A DNA stretch of 64,000 nt. It comes from Eledone cirrhosa. Its lineage: Eukaryota. The stretch is from the NCBI GenBank assembly GCA_964016885.1, contig OZ024745.1:41726001-41790000 (forward strand), read 5' to 3'. Positions 42,461 to 55,760 of the stretch are shown here, piece by piece; positions within the stretch are counted from its first letter, which is position 1, and the number at the start of each line of letters is the position of its first letter. The notes under the pieces were generated by a model that was given only the letters and a program-made list of their open reading frames with translations, was not told where the DNA came from and made no database searches. The position numbers and the translations under genes are program-made.

Positions 42461-44080
42461 AGTTTTAAGAGTATAAACAAAACCCTATCAATTAGTGTTG
42501 AAAACATTAAAACTAAAATGAAAATAATAGAACAACAAAAAGCGCTTCACTTGTTCGATTGAACATACACGCGTACTCATAAAAATGTAAACTGAAATAC
42601 AGGGAACTGATTTATACACTTGCCTAAAGGCAACGGAGCAAGAATATGGAGTTTATAAGAAGTCATATTGTTACATGTATGAGTTGTAATTAAAAAGGCA
42701 GTTGAATGTTTTTATACAATAGAAAGTTATAAATTTTTATTAAAGAGAGAGAAATGCTACATAAAAATCAAAGATACTTTGAGACATACTGACAAACTCA
42801 TGAATTTCAAAAATCTTCTTGCATCGGTTTCGACGTTGTGTATTCTAGTTGTTTGATCAGCTCATCGAAGTAAATTACTGAGTATTTCACATGTATTTGG
42901 ACTGTTAACTTAATATTCAAGCATACTCAATATGATACGGCTTGTGGCCAAATTAGCCCTTTGGAATATAACTATAGTCCGTTAGGAGTGGCTTCTGTAC
43001 AGTTTTTATCCAGATAATATCACGCACAAGACATTGGTCCAACCGACACTATAGCAAAAGACTTAGCTATGGGTCATGTAATGGGATGGCTTCCCAGATT
43101 CTGATGAAAGCGAAGTGATCTTCTCTTAACCACTTGGCTAGGTATGTGCTGTATCAGTATGTATGTTCTTACACATGCAGGCTGACACAAATTCACGTAA
43201 CAGAGGCGAAATTTACTTCAACAATTTTCAAGAGTAGATAAGAAAATTAAAAAATTATTTCCAAAGTATTTGAAAAATTGTTTTTTGTAATATCTCTTTT
43301 TTTTCCAGAATTCTCTTTTGACAGATAAGAAGAAACTCGTGGTCGATTGAATTCAATTTAAACATGATTTCATTGCCAGAAACCTTACTTATTCGTTTAA
43401 AATGAATAAGTATCAGGCGAAACGTGATGTTTCATCGTGATATATCTTTACTCTCTTGTCGCTAACACTAACTTTATGCCAACACTACTAAACTCATGAG
43501 TTAATTAAAGTATTTTGTTGCTACTTATGTTAGATGATGACAATGATGATATTGATAAGTAGCATGAATAACGAGTAAAATAGTTTTGGAACGATACAGA
43601 AAAGATTCGCATGGCCCATTCGCAAGGATGACACGCAAACTCGTGTGCGTTCCATACTTTCCTTGGTTTTCCGTCCTTTTCCTTTCATTTATGGCATTTA
43701 CACTCCTTTCCTCTACTTTTCTATACATCCAGATCTGCCTTTCTCTATCTTTAACCCCTCTTTTCATTACATAATTTTATTTTTATCTTTATTTTCATAT
43801 TTCGATCATTGTATAACTTCTTTTTTTAAAATATAGTTGACATAATATTTATGTATAATTGATTAAATAAAAAATTACATAGTTCTGCCAGTTAATTTTA
43901 TTAGGGTCAACGAGAACGTAGATGCCTCCTCGTTTGATCGCAGAAAATTTAGATACGTTTATTATTCTCGTTGTACAAACAAAGAAAAAGACGATATGTT
44001 TATGCGGTTATCATCAGAAAACAGTAATCTTACATTTCCGCTCACGTTGTCTTCTGAAGAATAACCAACACGGTGTTTCT

Positions 44081-44266
<186 letters not shown>

Positions 44267-44428
44267 GTGTGTGTGTGTGTGTGTAAAATTGCCTGGTGTG
44301 CTTTGTTTGTTTCCTTTATTAATATATATATATAGAGAGAGAGAGAGTGAGTGAGTGAGTGAGTGAGTGAGTGAGTGAGTGAGTGAGTGAGTGAGTGAGT
44401 GAGTGAGTGAGTGAGTGAGTGAGTGAGT

Positions 44429-44499
<71 letters not shown>

Positions 44500-45031
44500 G
44501 TAGGAGAAATGAGAGATTTATTCATATTTTTACAACAATCTAATAAAGTATGATTCGGAATAACGATGTATGAAGTTTTCAACTTCCAATCAATATAACT
44601 AATTTTTATTTCTCTATTGGGTACTCACTTTTCCCTTTGTTTGGTTCACACTCATACCTATATAAATAAAATATTCATATATTTACATTAGTTTAACCAT
44701 CCAGGACATCCAAAGGTTTCTGTGACTAATTGCTTCTTCAGCCGGTGAAATAGTAGAATAACCTCCAGGATATTTTACTAGGAAAGATATTAAGTTATAC
44801 ATTTTGAAATAGCTAGGAACGATTTATGAAGAAACATGAACCTTATAATATACATTTTAATTCATGTAATCGAGGCAATTATACATTGCGAATACTCTAC
44901 AATTAATTAGATATCAATTGGAGCTTTGACTAATATCTATATGAAATGAATAAACGTAAATAGGGAAATCTCGAATATATCCATATTAAAAGAATATGCA
45001 GATATACATATAACACGCACACACACACACA

Positions 45032-45081
<50 letters not shown>

Positions 45082-45809
45082 GTATAATCATCAACACACA
45101 CACATACACTCACATATTTATATATTTATATACGTATACTTAATGATGAATAACATTTCCATTTGTTCAGACACATACACAGGCATATATACATTCACAC
45201 ATACATGCACACATAATACATACAGCCAGACAGACAGACAAACAGACAGACAGACATATATGCATATATGTATGCATAGATATATGCATACATATATGCA
45301 TACATACATACGTAAAAATATACATACATACATCATGTAAGTTTGTAAAGTAAAGATTTACAAACTCTCACTTACAGATACACATTCACACGCACACACA
45401 GGCCTACACACACTTGCGCGCGCAAACACCGTGAACGTAACGCTCGCGCATGTGTGAAAAATTAATTAAGAAGCTGAGGCGTAATTAGTAATATGAAAAA
45501 ATGTCTGCAAAACATCGTATAATAAAGGAGAAATCATTAACTATCATAAATTGAGAAACCACTTCACTAGATTTAATGGGTGAGCTGCCTGTGATTTGGC
45601 TAACACGTCCGTGATTTTTCCGTTGTTCGCCCTTGTTGCGTGTCCCCATGTTTTGAATTATATACATATACATACATACACACACACGCACACATATATA
45701 TATGTATATAACAGCGCCCGTCACACTTCACACTTCACACCACAAGGCACTGTTCATCTTCAACATTCCCTCCTCCATAATATTTTCCTTCCCCTCCACC
45801 ACACAAAGA

Positions 45810-46100
45810 CCAACAACAATAATAACCGCAGTACCGGCAAGACAACTATAACAAACAAACAACAATAACGATCATAGTATACAATAGCAACAGTAACAAC
45901 AGCAACCAAGTTAACAATAGCAACAACACCACTAAAAAAACAACCGGTAACCTTATCAATAACAAGAGCAACAGCAGGGACAATATAAATAAAACCAATA
46001 ACAAAATAACTACCACCAATAGCAGCAATAACATGAATAACATCAACATAACAACAACAACAACAACAACAATAACAACAACGGTAGTAACAATAACATC
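45810..46100. repeat. Degenerate (AAC)n low-complexity tract
   Basis: aacaacaataac-type repeats throughout. Confidence 0.8.
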
Positions 46101-46537
46101 AGCAGCCCATAAAGGTGTGAAAGAGTAGAACGCACCAGCACACATAGCGCGAGAAAGGCTTTTATTCATAACTGCGACTAAAACAAGAACAACATCAACA
46201 GAGAGACAGAGAGAGATAGAGGGTGGAGAGAGGGAGGGGGAGAGAGTGGAGGGAGGAGAGAGAGAGGGGAGAGGAAGAGAGAGAGAGATAAAGAGAAGGT
46301 GGAAAAGAGGGAGACAATAGTTTTTGTTATTCGACTGATTAAGTATTGATGTGGTTTCAACACCGGTTTGTGAATCTTATGGTTTCCTGAGCGTTAACAA
46401 TGTGTGAATAAATCTTTTTTCTTTCTTCGTTCTTTATTTTCGTTATTTTCGCGCTTTATAATGTTTCTAACAATGACGAGGCGGGGATGGGATGGGGCGG
46501 GGGGTGATGTAGGGGTACAACCAAAATACATCCCCTT

Positions 46538-46960
46538 CATCATCATTACTATCATCACTATCGTCATCATCATTGCCGTTATTGTAATCGTCTCGTCGTC
46601 ATCTTTACCATAGTCTTCGTCATACTCCTAATCATGATCAAAGTCATCGCCATCATCACCATCATCGCTATCATCGTCATCATCACCATCATCGTCATCA
46701 TCGGTAGCATCGTCTTCATCGGCATCAACGTCATCAACATCGGTATTATCGTCATCATCGGTATCATCGTCATCATCGGCATCAACGTCATCAATATAAC
46801 CATCATCGGTATTATCGTCATCATCGGTATCATCGTCATCATCGGCATCAACGTCATCGGCATCAACGTCATCAACATAACCATCATCGGTATTATCGAC
46901 ATCATCGGTATCATCGTCATCATCGGTATCATCATCATCATCATCATCATCGTCGTCGTT
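46538..46960. repeat. Degenerate (ATC)n minisatellite with higher-order units
   Basis: Recurring units such as atcggtattatcgtcatcatcggtatcatcgtcatc and ggcatcaacgtcatc. Confidence 0.85.
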
Positions 46961-47147
46961 AGAATAATATTAACAACAATAACGGCAACAGCAACGGTAA
47001 TGATCGTAATAATACGACGAAAAGAACAACAATAACAACAACAACGACCATGTTGAATTAGACGCTTAAACAGTTACAGAGATTGATGGAATATTAAAGA
47101 AATAAAAAGGAAAGAAGCGACGTGAATAGGGTGATGGCAGGGGGGGG

Positions 47148-47347
47148 NNNNNNNNNNNNNNNNNNNNNNNNNNNNNNNNNNNNNNNNNNNNNNNNNNNNN
47201 NNNNNNNNNNNNNNNNNNNNNNNNNNNNNNNNNNNNNNNNNNNNNNNNNNNNNNNNNNNNNNNNNNNNNNNNNNNNNNNNNNNNNNNNNNNNNNNNNNNN
47301 NNNNNNNNNNNNNNNNNNNNNNNNNNNNNNNNNNNNNNNNNNNNNNN
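47148..47347. other. Assembly gap (200 N)
   Basis: Run of N following a poly-G tract; the round length suggests a placeholder. Confidence 0.99.
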
Positions 47348-48230
47348 AGTTGACATACCCATACATAAGAGTCACACACATACAACAGGCACGCACAATC
47401 ACAGCTTTCACAATATATCATAGAAGAACATAAAAAGAAATACCAGAAACTAACTGAAGAAAGCCAGCCTGTGGAAGCTCAACCTTAAAATGGCGGCGTT
47501 GAGGTAAACTACATTGTTATCATAATATATGCTAAAGAGGCCGGGTAAATATTGAAGCAATAGCTGTCGGGTAGACATCAAAGATCAAGCTAGTGGGAAA
47601 GTAGGGTGGAACAGTTTGTGTGTGGTGGGTAAACGGCTTTAGGAGAACCAACCATTCAACACAAGGCAGATAAATTAGCCAACAGGCGGACAGATACATA
47701 GAGTGCGAAGTGCTGCTTCGGAAAGAAACCCTGTCAATATTTATTTGTTTTACATATGCAAACATATATACGTATAAAAACTTACATCTACAACAATAGA
47801 CTGTGTATGCGTACTTAAGACAGATGTTGGTTTCTATGAGAATGTATGTATGTGTGGGTTGGATGTATGTTAAGTAGTGTGTGTATGTATGTGTGGTCGT
47901 GAGTGCATGTGTGGGTGTGTTCAGTCGTGTATGATTGAATGCGTGCGGCTGTGTACGTATGTGCGTGCGGTTGTGATCACGAAAGTTACTTCAGATAGTG
48001 CCGTATGCACAGGTGAAGTAAATACCGGTTATAGCTAGTCAATGGATTAACCTTTAGTCTTATTAAGATTTATTTATATCTCAATACTTTGATATTTTGG
48101 TGTTTATAAATGTTTATTGTATCTCCTAAATATATTTTTTTAATTGTTTTTATCTCCCCTTTATTTTCACCAAAAGAAAAAAAAAGAATGGAGATGAGAG
48201 TGAGATTAAGAGAGCGGGAGAGAGTGAGTG

Positions 48231-48279
<49 letters not shown>

Positions 48280-50273
48280 TCACCGCTCTCTCTCTCTCTT
48301 ATATATATATATATATATTTGTGGGTGTGTGTGTGTGTTTGTGCACATATATAGACAGAGAAGAAGAAGAAGAAAAAGAAGAAGAAAAAGAAAAAGAAAA
48401 AGAAAAAGAAAAAAAAAGAAAAAGAAGAAGATGAAGAAGAAGAAATCTGAATCTCCTCTTGGTGTCATCAAGTATACAGCTGTCATAAAGGCTGAAATAC
48501 AACGTCTCAAAGAAATTTACTCTCATGTCTATAATGACAAAGTTTAAAACGTACCTGCTTTATGTGAGGATTCGTTGTAAAGTCACATTTTACAACGAAT
48601 ATTATTAAGTATTTGTCAAATCGAAATACATTTTGATACAATGTGTGCGCGAGTTGGATTTTAGCTAATATAAAATAGTTTTGCCGTTGTATGGATATTA
48701 ACAGCGAAAGCTATTCCATCAGAATGCAATATTGAACCCTTTTGATAACAATCGTCTGAAACGGCTGTTTATTTTAAAGAACTTATATTTATAAAAGAAT
48801 CCTTCCATCACATTCAAATATGATTTATAAAGAGAAAGTTACTTATATTACTAAATATTTTTTAATTCTTGGTTGATTTTCAAAATGATCGGCAGTGTAT
48901 TTCTTTAAAAATAGTTTAATATACTAAGCAAAAGGGACATGCACTGTAGAGCAAATACTATCCATTAGTGAATCACCATTAGTAACAGCAAAAATAGCAG
49001 GTAAATATCCTTCGAATCATGTCATACAGTCTTGCAAAGTAAAGTAGATATTGGATTTAAAGTGAAATGGCTCCGATCAGAGACTAAAACTGCGTCACCA
49101 TCTATGGGTCCAAGAAACCTGCTTATATAACAGCATCTATCACCTAATTGCCACAACTAATATAAGATAACTGTTATTTACTCTAAATCTTAATACTTCT
49201 CCCAAGACATTTCAAAGCTTAAATGTAAAGTCTCTACATTTAATAAAAAACATAAGTCGATGAAAATGAGGTAACCACTATTTGGTCAACCATGTAGAAA
49301 TAAAAACCAAATTTCCCCAAAATGACGCCCAGTGTCTTTAAAGTGAAAGGACATATTGGGGATGTATTCTAAGAAATATAGTTGAATGGTCATGACTGTA
49401 AAGGCTTTAATAATATGTCTGCTCGATCGAAGTTGATCTGAGGATGAACAATAACAATCAAGACATCTTTGATGGTTTCGCTATCTGAAAGTTCCAGTCT
49501 CCTTTATTGCGAACATCCACTCAGTCACTCGAACAGTTAGAAATAGCTGTCACATTTCTCCCAGAATCTAAATTTAGGACACATTCCACAATGTTATAAA
49601 AATCGATTTTATGGTTATAGCTGGAATGGAACATAAGCTTGCTCAATTAGGACTGATCTGTGGATCACCAACATCAACAAGTCAGAAATGTCGTCAGAGT
49701 AAAGAACTATTTTCTCTAAAGCTACTAAATTTCTAACTCGTGGTCTGTGGTGCTATACTAGTTTCTAAAAATAGTACGATTTGTTTTAAAAGCCCCCACA
49801 TTTTCTATTTTCTTTCTTTACTTCTTAGACGTTACTTACAGCAAATTGTATATTGTGGCCATACAAGTAATTCCGGCTTTCTACATCACGTAGTTGTCAT
49901 GCAATATACTTTAATGGTAACGAAGTGGTGAGTAAATATTGAAAAAATAAAAGAAGAAAAAATACAATATTTATAATTCACTGTTCGTTATCTAGGTCAT
50001 TATCATAAAAAGTCAACTTTCGGTTTGCAACAAATATATACGAAAATAAATTAAGTTGACATCTCTTTTTGTGGATTTCAAGTCAATTCAAAAATTATAA
50101 ATTGCACTCGTCCCCTAAAAATGTGACCATTTTAATTTTGAATCGAAATTATGTTCTTAAAAATTCATGGGTATTTTAATAAACATTTTCAACGTCACTT
50201 TGTTTTATAGTAAAAATAAACTGACCGTTATTTATGAATGAGTAATTGAACAAATTGAATAGAATAAATCGCT

Positions 50274-50308
<35 letters not shown>

Positions 50309-51052
50309 GGGGGGGGGGGGGTATGTGTGTGTAAATTAAAACGGCAACAAAAGCAAATATCAAGCATACAAACAAATGCCAAGAAATGTTATGTGGGTAT
50401 AATTATATATTTGCTCTAAGAAATGCACCAAAGAGACCATAACGTGCGCGATCAAATCCAAATAACAAAAAAAAAAAAAATCAGATTTAAAGAATTTTAA
50501 AATATCGTTAAAACGAAAGTCGAAAAGAAGCCTTGTTCAGAAACATAGCACATAGGAGAGAAAAGCTTAGACATAGTATCAAAACCATCCCCATCACCAC
50601 TGCTACCATCTCCATTAACATTACCACGATCCCATTCGACCATCGCAACCATTACCCCTTCACTCTATAGCCACCAACAATGTTTTTATCGCCGCCATTG
50701 ACATCACTGTGACGTTTATTCTCTTCCGTTAATCGTCGAGCGACACGTGCCGAAAGTTTCGGAGTGAGCAGCCAGATCGTTTTAGATGCTGCTTAGCACA
50801 TAAGGGCACTGTCCAAATTGTAGACGGCGTTGAAATTTCCATGGACAGTCGGTAGAATACGACAGCGAAAGGTTAAAATACAGCGTGGTTTCTAAATGAG
50901 GGCCTCATTAATAATCTTACATTTGGAGTGTGCCAACTTGTCAGGTTCATTTATATACGACCAACTTCTCAATAAGCAACGCATCGTTTCCACCATCTCT
51001 ACCCTGTGTTTTCTTCCCAAGCCATTATTTTTGTCCTATGTACATCCAATGC

Positions 51053-51096
<44 letters not shown>

Positions 51097-51192
51097 TAAC
51101 AGGCCTTACAAATTATATTAAAACTCGCCCTACGGACTTGACTTGCTTTATACCTTGGCTATTTCTACCAAGTTATTACCACTATATGTATG

Positions 51193-51291
51193 CAGGGTGT
51201 CCCAAAAAATGTATACATACTGCAACAGCATTCTAATAAATATTGCCTGTATAGGTAATCAAAGTGTGTATACATTTTGGAGGACACACAT

Positions 51292-51293
<2 letters not shown>
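51193..51293. mobile_element. ~100-bp Tc1/mariner-type MITE
   Basis: Imperfect TIRs cagggtgtcccaaaaaatgtataca / tgtatacattttggaggacacacattg. Confidence 0.6.
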
Positions 51294-51372
<79 letters not shown>

Positions 51373-51579
51373 AGTGACAAGAGTTTCCGTAGACTAGGTA
51401 AAGGAAAAAGAATAAGCGCTCTATGTTAAGTACAGAGCTAAAGTATATTATTATAAATATATTCTCAACACATTATTCTCAGTATTTCCTGAAAGATAAG
51501 CAACACTAGTGTTTATACGGTCTCTAAGACCTACGCCAGACTAGGCTTTGAAACACTTAGGTGTTGAGAATGTATTCAT

Positions 51580-51699
<120 letters not shown>

Positions 51700-51787
51700 A
51701 GAAGGTGAGTAATATTGTAGAATAATAAAACTATGAATATATCAGATAAGTATCACTGAAAAGTTCATAGAACTGGAGTATATAAAA

Positions 51788-51989
51788 TAAAGAAGAAATT
51801 AAAAGATGATTAAAAGAATTCCGTATTTTTTATTATGCGCATTTCGAATACAAAATCATCCTGGGACAAAAATTGTGTTCTAATCAGATAAGGTAACATG
51901 ATATGAGGCATAATAGGATGATTTTGTATTCGAAATGCGCATAATAAAATATACGGAACTCTTTTAACCATCTTTTAATTTCTTCTTTA
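51788..51989. repeat. 75-bp inverted repeat abutting (TA)n, containing a hammerhead-like 3' half
   Basis: Arms 51788-51862 / 51915-51989. gatga..GAAA-t-gcgc-a-TA at 51917-51943. Confidence 0.75.
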
Positions 51990-52093
51990 TATATATATAT
52001 CGACAGTCGATCGACTTTCGACAAATCGGGCCGAGGAAACAATGTTTCCATTGGTCTTTCCAATTGCTAATACTATCTATCGGTCACAACTCC

Positions 52094-52130
<37 letters not shown>

Positions 52131-52132
<2 letters not shown>

Positions 52133-52320
52133 AAAAAGTATGACCCCGACGGCAGAGCTCAAGCCGTTTCGACGGCTATTTCTGGACCAGAAATAGCCGT
52201 CGAAACGGCTTGAGCTCTGCCGTCGGGGTCATACTTTTTCCTATCTCCCACTCTACTACCCTAAGTATTGAGTACTCTGGTGCGTTATGGTACATCTGGT
52301 TCCTTACCACAATTCCTTCG

Positions 52321-52323
<3 letters not shown>
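52131..52323. mobile_element. (TA)n-embedded element with a perfect 55-bp/1-nt-loop palindrome
   Basis: Arms 52131-52185 and 52187-52241 are exact reverse complements. Other copies lie at 55551-55655 (rearranged) and 63511-63691, all inside (TA)n. Confidence 0.85.
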
Positions 52324-52355
<32 letters not shown>

Positions 52356-52360
52356 ACACC

Positions 52361-52431
<71 letters not shown>

Positions 52432-52452
52432 ATACCAATTATATATATATAG

Positions 52453-52541
<89 letters not shown>

Positions 52542-52552
52542 TAACAGATTAA

Positions 52553-52603
52553 AGTTTAAGCAAAGAATCGCTGCTTTCACCCTTTACGGGATCTTCTGAA
52601 ACT
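52553..52603 (-). ncRNA. Variant hammerhead-like motif (core CAGAAGA)
   Basis: agttt-CAGAAGA-t ccc gtaaa ggg t-GAAA-gca gcgattctt tgc-TT-aaact. Stems I, II and III all form, but the core has U4A and stem II is closed by U-U. Confidence 0.5.
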
Positions 52604-52649
52604 ATATATATATAAACCTTGATTATTCCCACATTTTCAAAAATTTGAT

Positions 52650-53930
52650 GAAGATGGTGGTGGTAATGATAGGACGGTGGTGATGGTGGTGATGGTTGAG
52701 ATGATGATGGTGGTGATAATAGTGTAGTTGGTGGTGGTAATGGTGGTGGTGGTGGTAGTGGTGGTGGTAGTGGTGGTGCTGATGGTTGGGATGATGATGG
52801 TGGTGATAATGGTATAGGAGATGGTGGTGATGATGGTGGTGATAGGGATGGTGGTGATGGTAGTGGTGGTGGTAGTGGTGGTGCTGATGGTTGGGATGAT
52901 GATGGTGGTGATAATGGTATAGGAGATGGTGGTGATGATGGTGGTGGTAGGGATGGTGGTGATGGTGGTAGTGGTGGTAGTGGTGGTGCTGATGGTTGGG
53001 ATGATGATGGTGGTGATAATGGTATAGGAGATGGTGGTGATGATGGTGGTGGTAGGGATGGTGGTGATGGTGGTAGTGATGGTTGGGGTGATGATGGTGG
53101 TGGTAGTGGTGGTGGTGATGGTAGGACGATGGTGGTGGTAATGGTGGTGATAATAGTGTAGATGGTGGTGGTGGTAGTGGTGGTGGTGGTGGTGGTGATG
53201 GTTGGGATGATGATGGTTGTGATAATGATGGTGGTGGTGGTGGTGGTAGTGGTGGTGGTGGTGATGGTTGGTATGATGATGGATGTGATAATGATGGTGG
53301 TGGTGGTGGTAGTGGTGGTGGTGGTGGTGGTAGGGATGGTGGTGATGGTGGTAGTGATGGTTGGGATGATGATGGTCGTGATAATGATGGTGGTGGTGGT
53401 GGTGGTAGTGGTGGTGGCGGTGGTGGTGGTAGTGGTGGTGGTAGTGGTAGTGGTGGTGGTAATGGTGGTAGAAATGGTGGCGATGGTGGTGGGACGATGG
53501 TGGTGGTGATAGTTGGGTTGATGATGGTGGTGCTAATGGTGTAGGAGATGGTGGTGGTAGTGGTGGTGGTGGTGGTGGTGGTGGTGGTAGGACGATGGTG
53601 GTGGTTATGGTGGTGGTAGGGCTGGTGGTAGTGGTGGTGGTAGTGGTAGTGGTGGTGGTAATGGTGGCCGTGATGGTGGAACGATGGTGGTGGTGGTGCT
53701 AATGGTGGGCTAATGGTGGTGATGGTGATGGTGGTAGTGGTAGTGAGACGATGGCGGTGGTGGTGGTGGTGATGGTTGGGTTGATGATGGTGGTGATAAT
53801 GGTGTAGGAGATGGTGATGATGATGGTGGTGGTAGTGGTGGTGGTGATGGTGGGACGATGGTGGTGATGATGGTGGTGATAATGATGGTGTTGGTGGTGG
53901 TGAGGAAGATGGTGGTGATAATAGTGGAGC
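52650..53930. repeat. Long degenerate (TGG/TGA)n tract with ~100-bp higher-order repeats
   Basis: The unit ..gctgatggttgggatgatgatggtggtgataatggtataggagatggtggtgatgatgg.. repeats three times at ~52760-53070. Confidence 0.9.
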
Positions 53931-54152
53931 CGACCATGTTGATGGAAGGGTCAATATTCGGTAAATAAACAAATTATCAGAGCAAACACAATAATTCGTT
54001 GAAACAATTCAATGATTCATTTAAAGTCCATTAACACACACACACACATACACACGCACTGTTACACACACATAGAAACATACACATACATAGAAACATA
54101 CACGCGCGCACACTCATACATACACACACAAAGAGAAACTTTCACGCACAAA

Positions 54153-54230
<78 letters not shown>

Positions 54231-54373
54231 GAGACTTTCACTCGCACACTCACACACACACACACAGAAACATTCACTCGCACACTCACACACACACACA
54301 CACCGAAACATTCACTCGCACGCTCACATACACACACAGACACACACAGAGAAACATTCACGCGCACACTCAC

Positions 54374-54404
<31 letters not shown>

Positions 54405-54714
54405 GAAACATTCACGTGAACACACACACACATATATACAAATATGTATGCGCACACTAACACTCAAATGCACGCACACACACGAAACACGCAGAAGCAT
54501 GGCTCGTACTTATCACATTTATGTACAGGACAGTAACACAGAAATACATATGACAGAGTATAAGGGACACGACTGTCTTACCACAGTCCCCCTCACTCCC
54601 AGCATCATCACCAATAACTGCCACCACTACCACAATCACTGCTACTTCGGCAGTTGTTAATATGATCACTGTCACTATCACTGCATGAACCAGCAGCCAT
54701 CACTATCAGCAGCA

Positions 54715-55130
54715 GCTACCCCCCCCCCCCCCCAACCATACCGCCACCCGCCATCACCACCGTCACCACAACCACCACCTCCAACACCATCACCAAAACC
54801 ACCACCTCCACCACCTCCAACACCATCACCAAAACCACCACCACCACCACCACCTCCATCACCACCACGTCCACCACCTCCAACACCATCACCAAAACCA
54901 CCACCACCACCACCACCTCCATCACCTCCATCACCACTACCTCCACCTCTTCCACCACCATCACCCAAACCACCACCACCACCACCTCCATCACCACCAC
55001 CTCCACCACCTCCAACACCATCACCAAAACCACCACCACCACCACCACCTCCATCACCACCACCTCCACCACCTCCAACCCCCCCCAATCTACCACCGCC
55101 TGCCGCCATCACCACTACCATCAAACCCAC
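54715..55130. repeat. Degenerate (CCA)n tract with repeated ccaacaccatcaccaaaaccacc units
   Basis: Direct inspection. Confidence 0.9.
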
Positions 55131-55446
55131 CCCGCTGCCACCATCAACTTCATCACTTCTTCTCTAGATAGTCCAGGCTGCTCGACCTGCACAAATTAGC
55201 AGCCAAATCTGCCCCAAGCTACACCATGAAATATTAAACAATATGCCAGACAAGAAGACGAGATGGTTACAGCTGGAATGATGGGTGAACGTTAAGAAGT
55301 CAACACAGAACCACAACCTTTATCACTAGAACTCTCAACATCACTACGCCCTCTACAACTAACCACCTCTTCCATCAAACTTCTTAACACAACAACCACA
55401 ACGAATATCACAACTTTATGAGTTCATGCAATTGACTTATGTTTCG

Positions 55447-55509
<63 letters not shown>

Positions 55510-55550
55510 TTATATATATATATATCTTTATATATATATATATATATATA

Positions 55551-55655
55551 TAACAAAGGAATTGTGGTAAGGAACCAGATGGACCATACCGCACCAGAGT
55601 GCAGAAATAGCCGTCGAAACGGCTTGAGCTCTGCCGTCGGGGTCATACTTTTTCC
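55551..55655. mobile_element. Rearranged copy of the 52131 element
   Basis: The reverse complement of the element 3' end (taacaaaggaattgtggtaaggaaccagatg..) is joined to cagaaatagccgtcgaaacggcttgagctctgccgtcggggtcatactttttcc, within (TA)n. Confidence 0.8.
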
Positions 55656-55724
55656 TATATATATATATATATATATAAATATATATCTATCTATCTTTAT
55701 ATATATATATACTTTTTCCTATAT

Positions 55725-55760
<36 letters not shown>

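Noticed and set aside
46579-47035. Met-rich and Ile-rich ORFs
   Set aside because: Translations of an (ATC)n minisatellite.
52001-52030. Minus-strand GAAA-gtc-gatc-gac-TG as a hammerhead half
   Set aside because: Stem III and the palindromic loop fit, but the cleavage position is G and no 5' core is visible.
52623-53972. 449-aa Pro/His/Thr-rich ORF
   Set aside because: The degenerate (CCA/TCA)n tract is open in several frames and shifts composition at indels. There is no domain or splice evidence.
54678-55167. Extensin-like poly-Pro ORF (+) and Gly-rich ORF (-)
   Set aside because: A by-product of the (CCA)n repeat, open on both strands.
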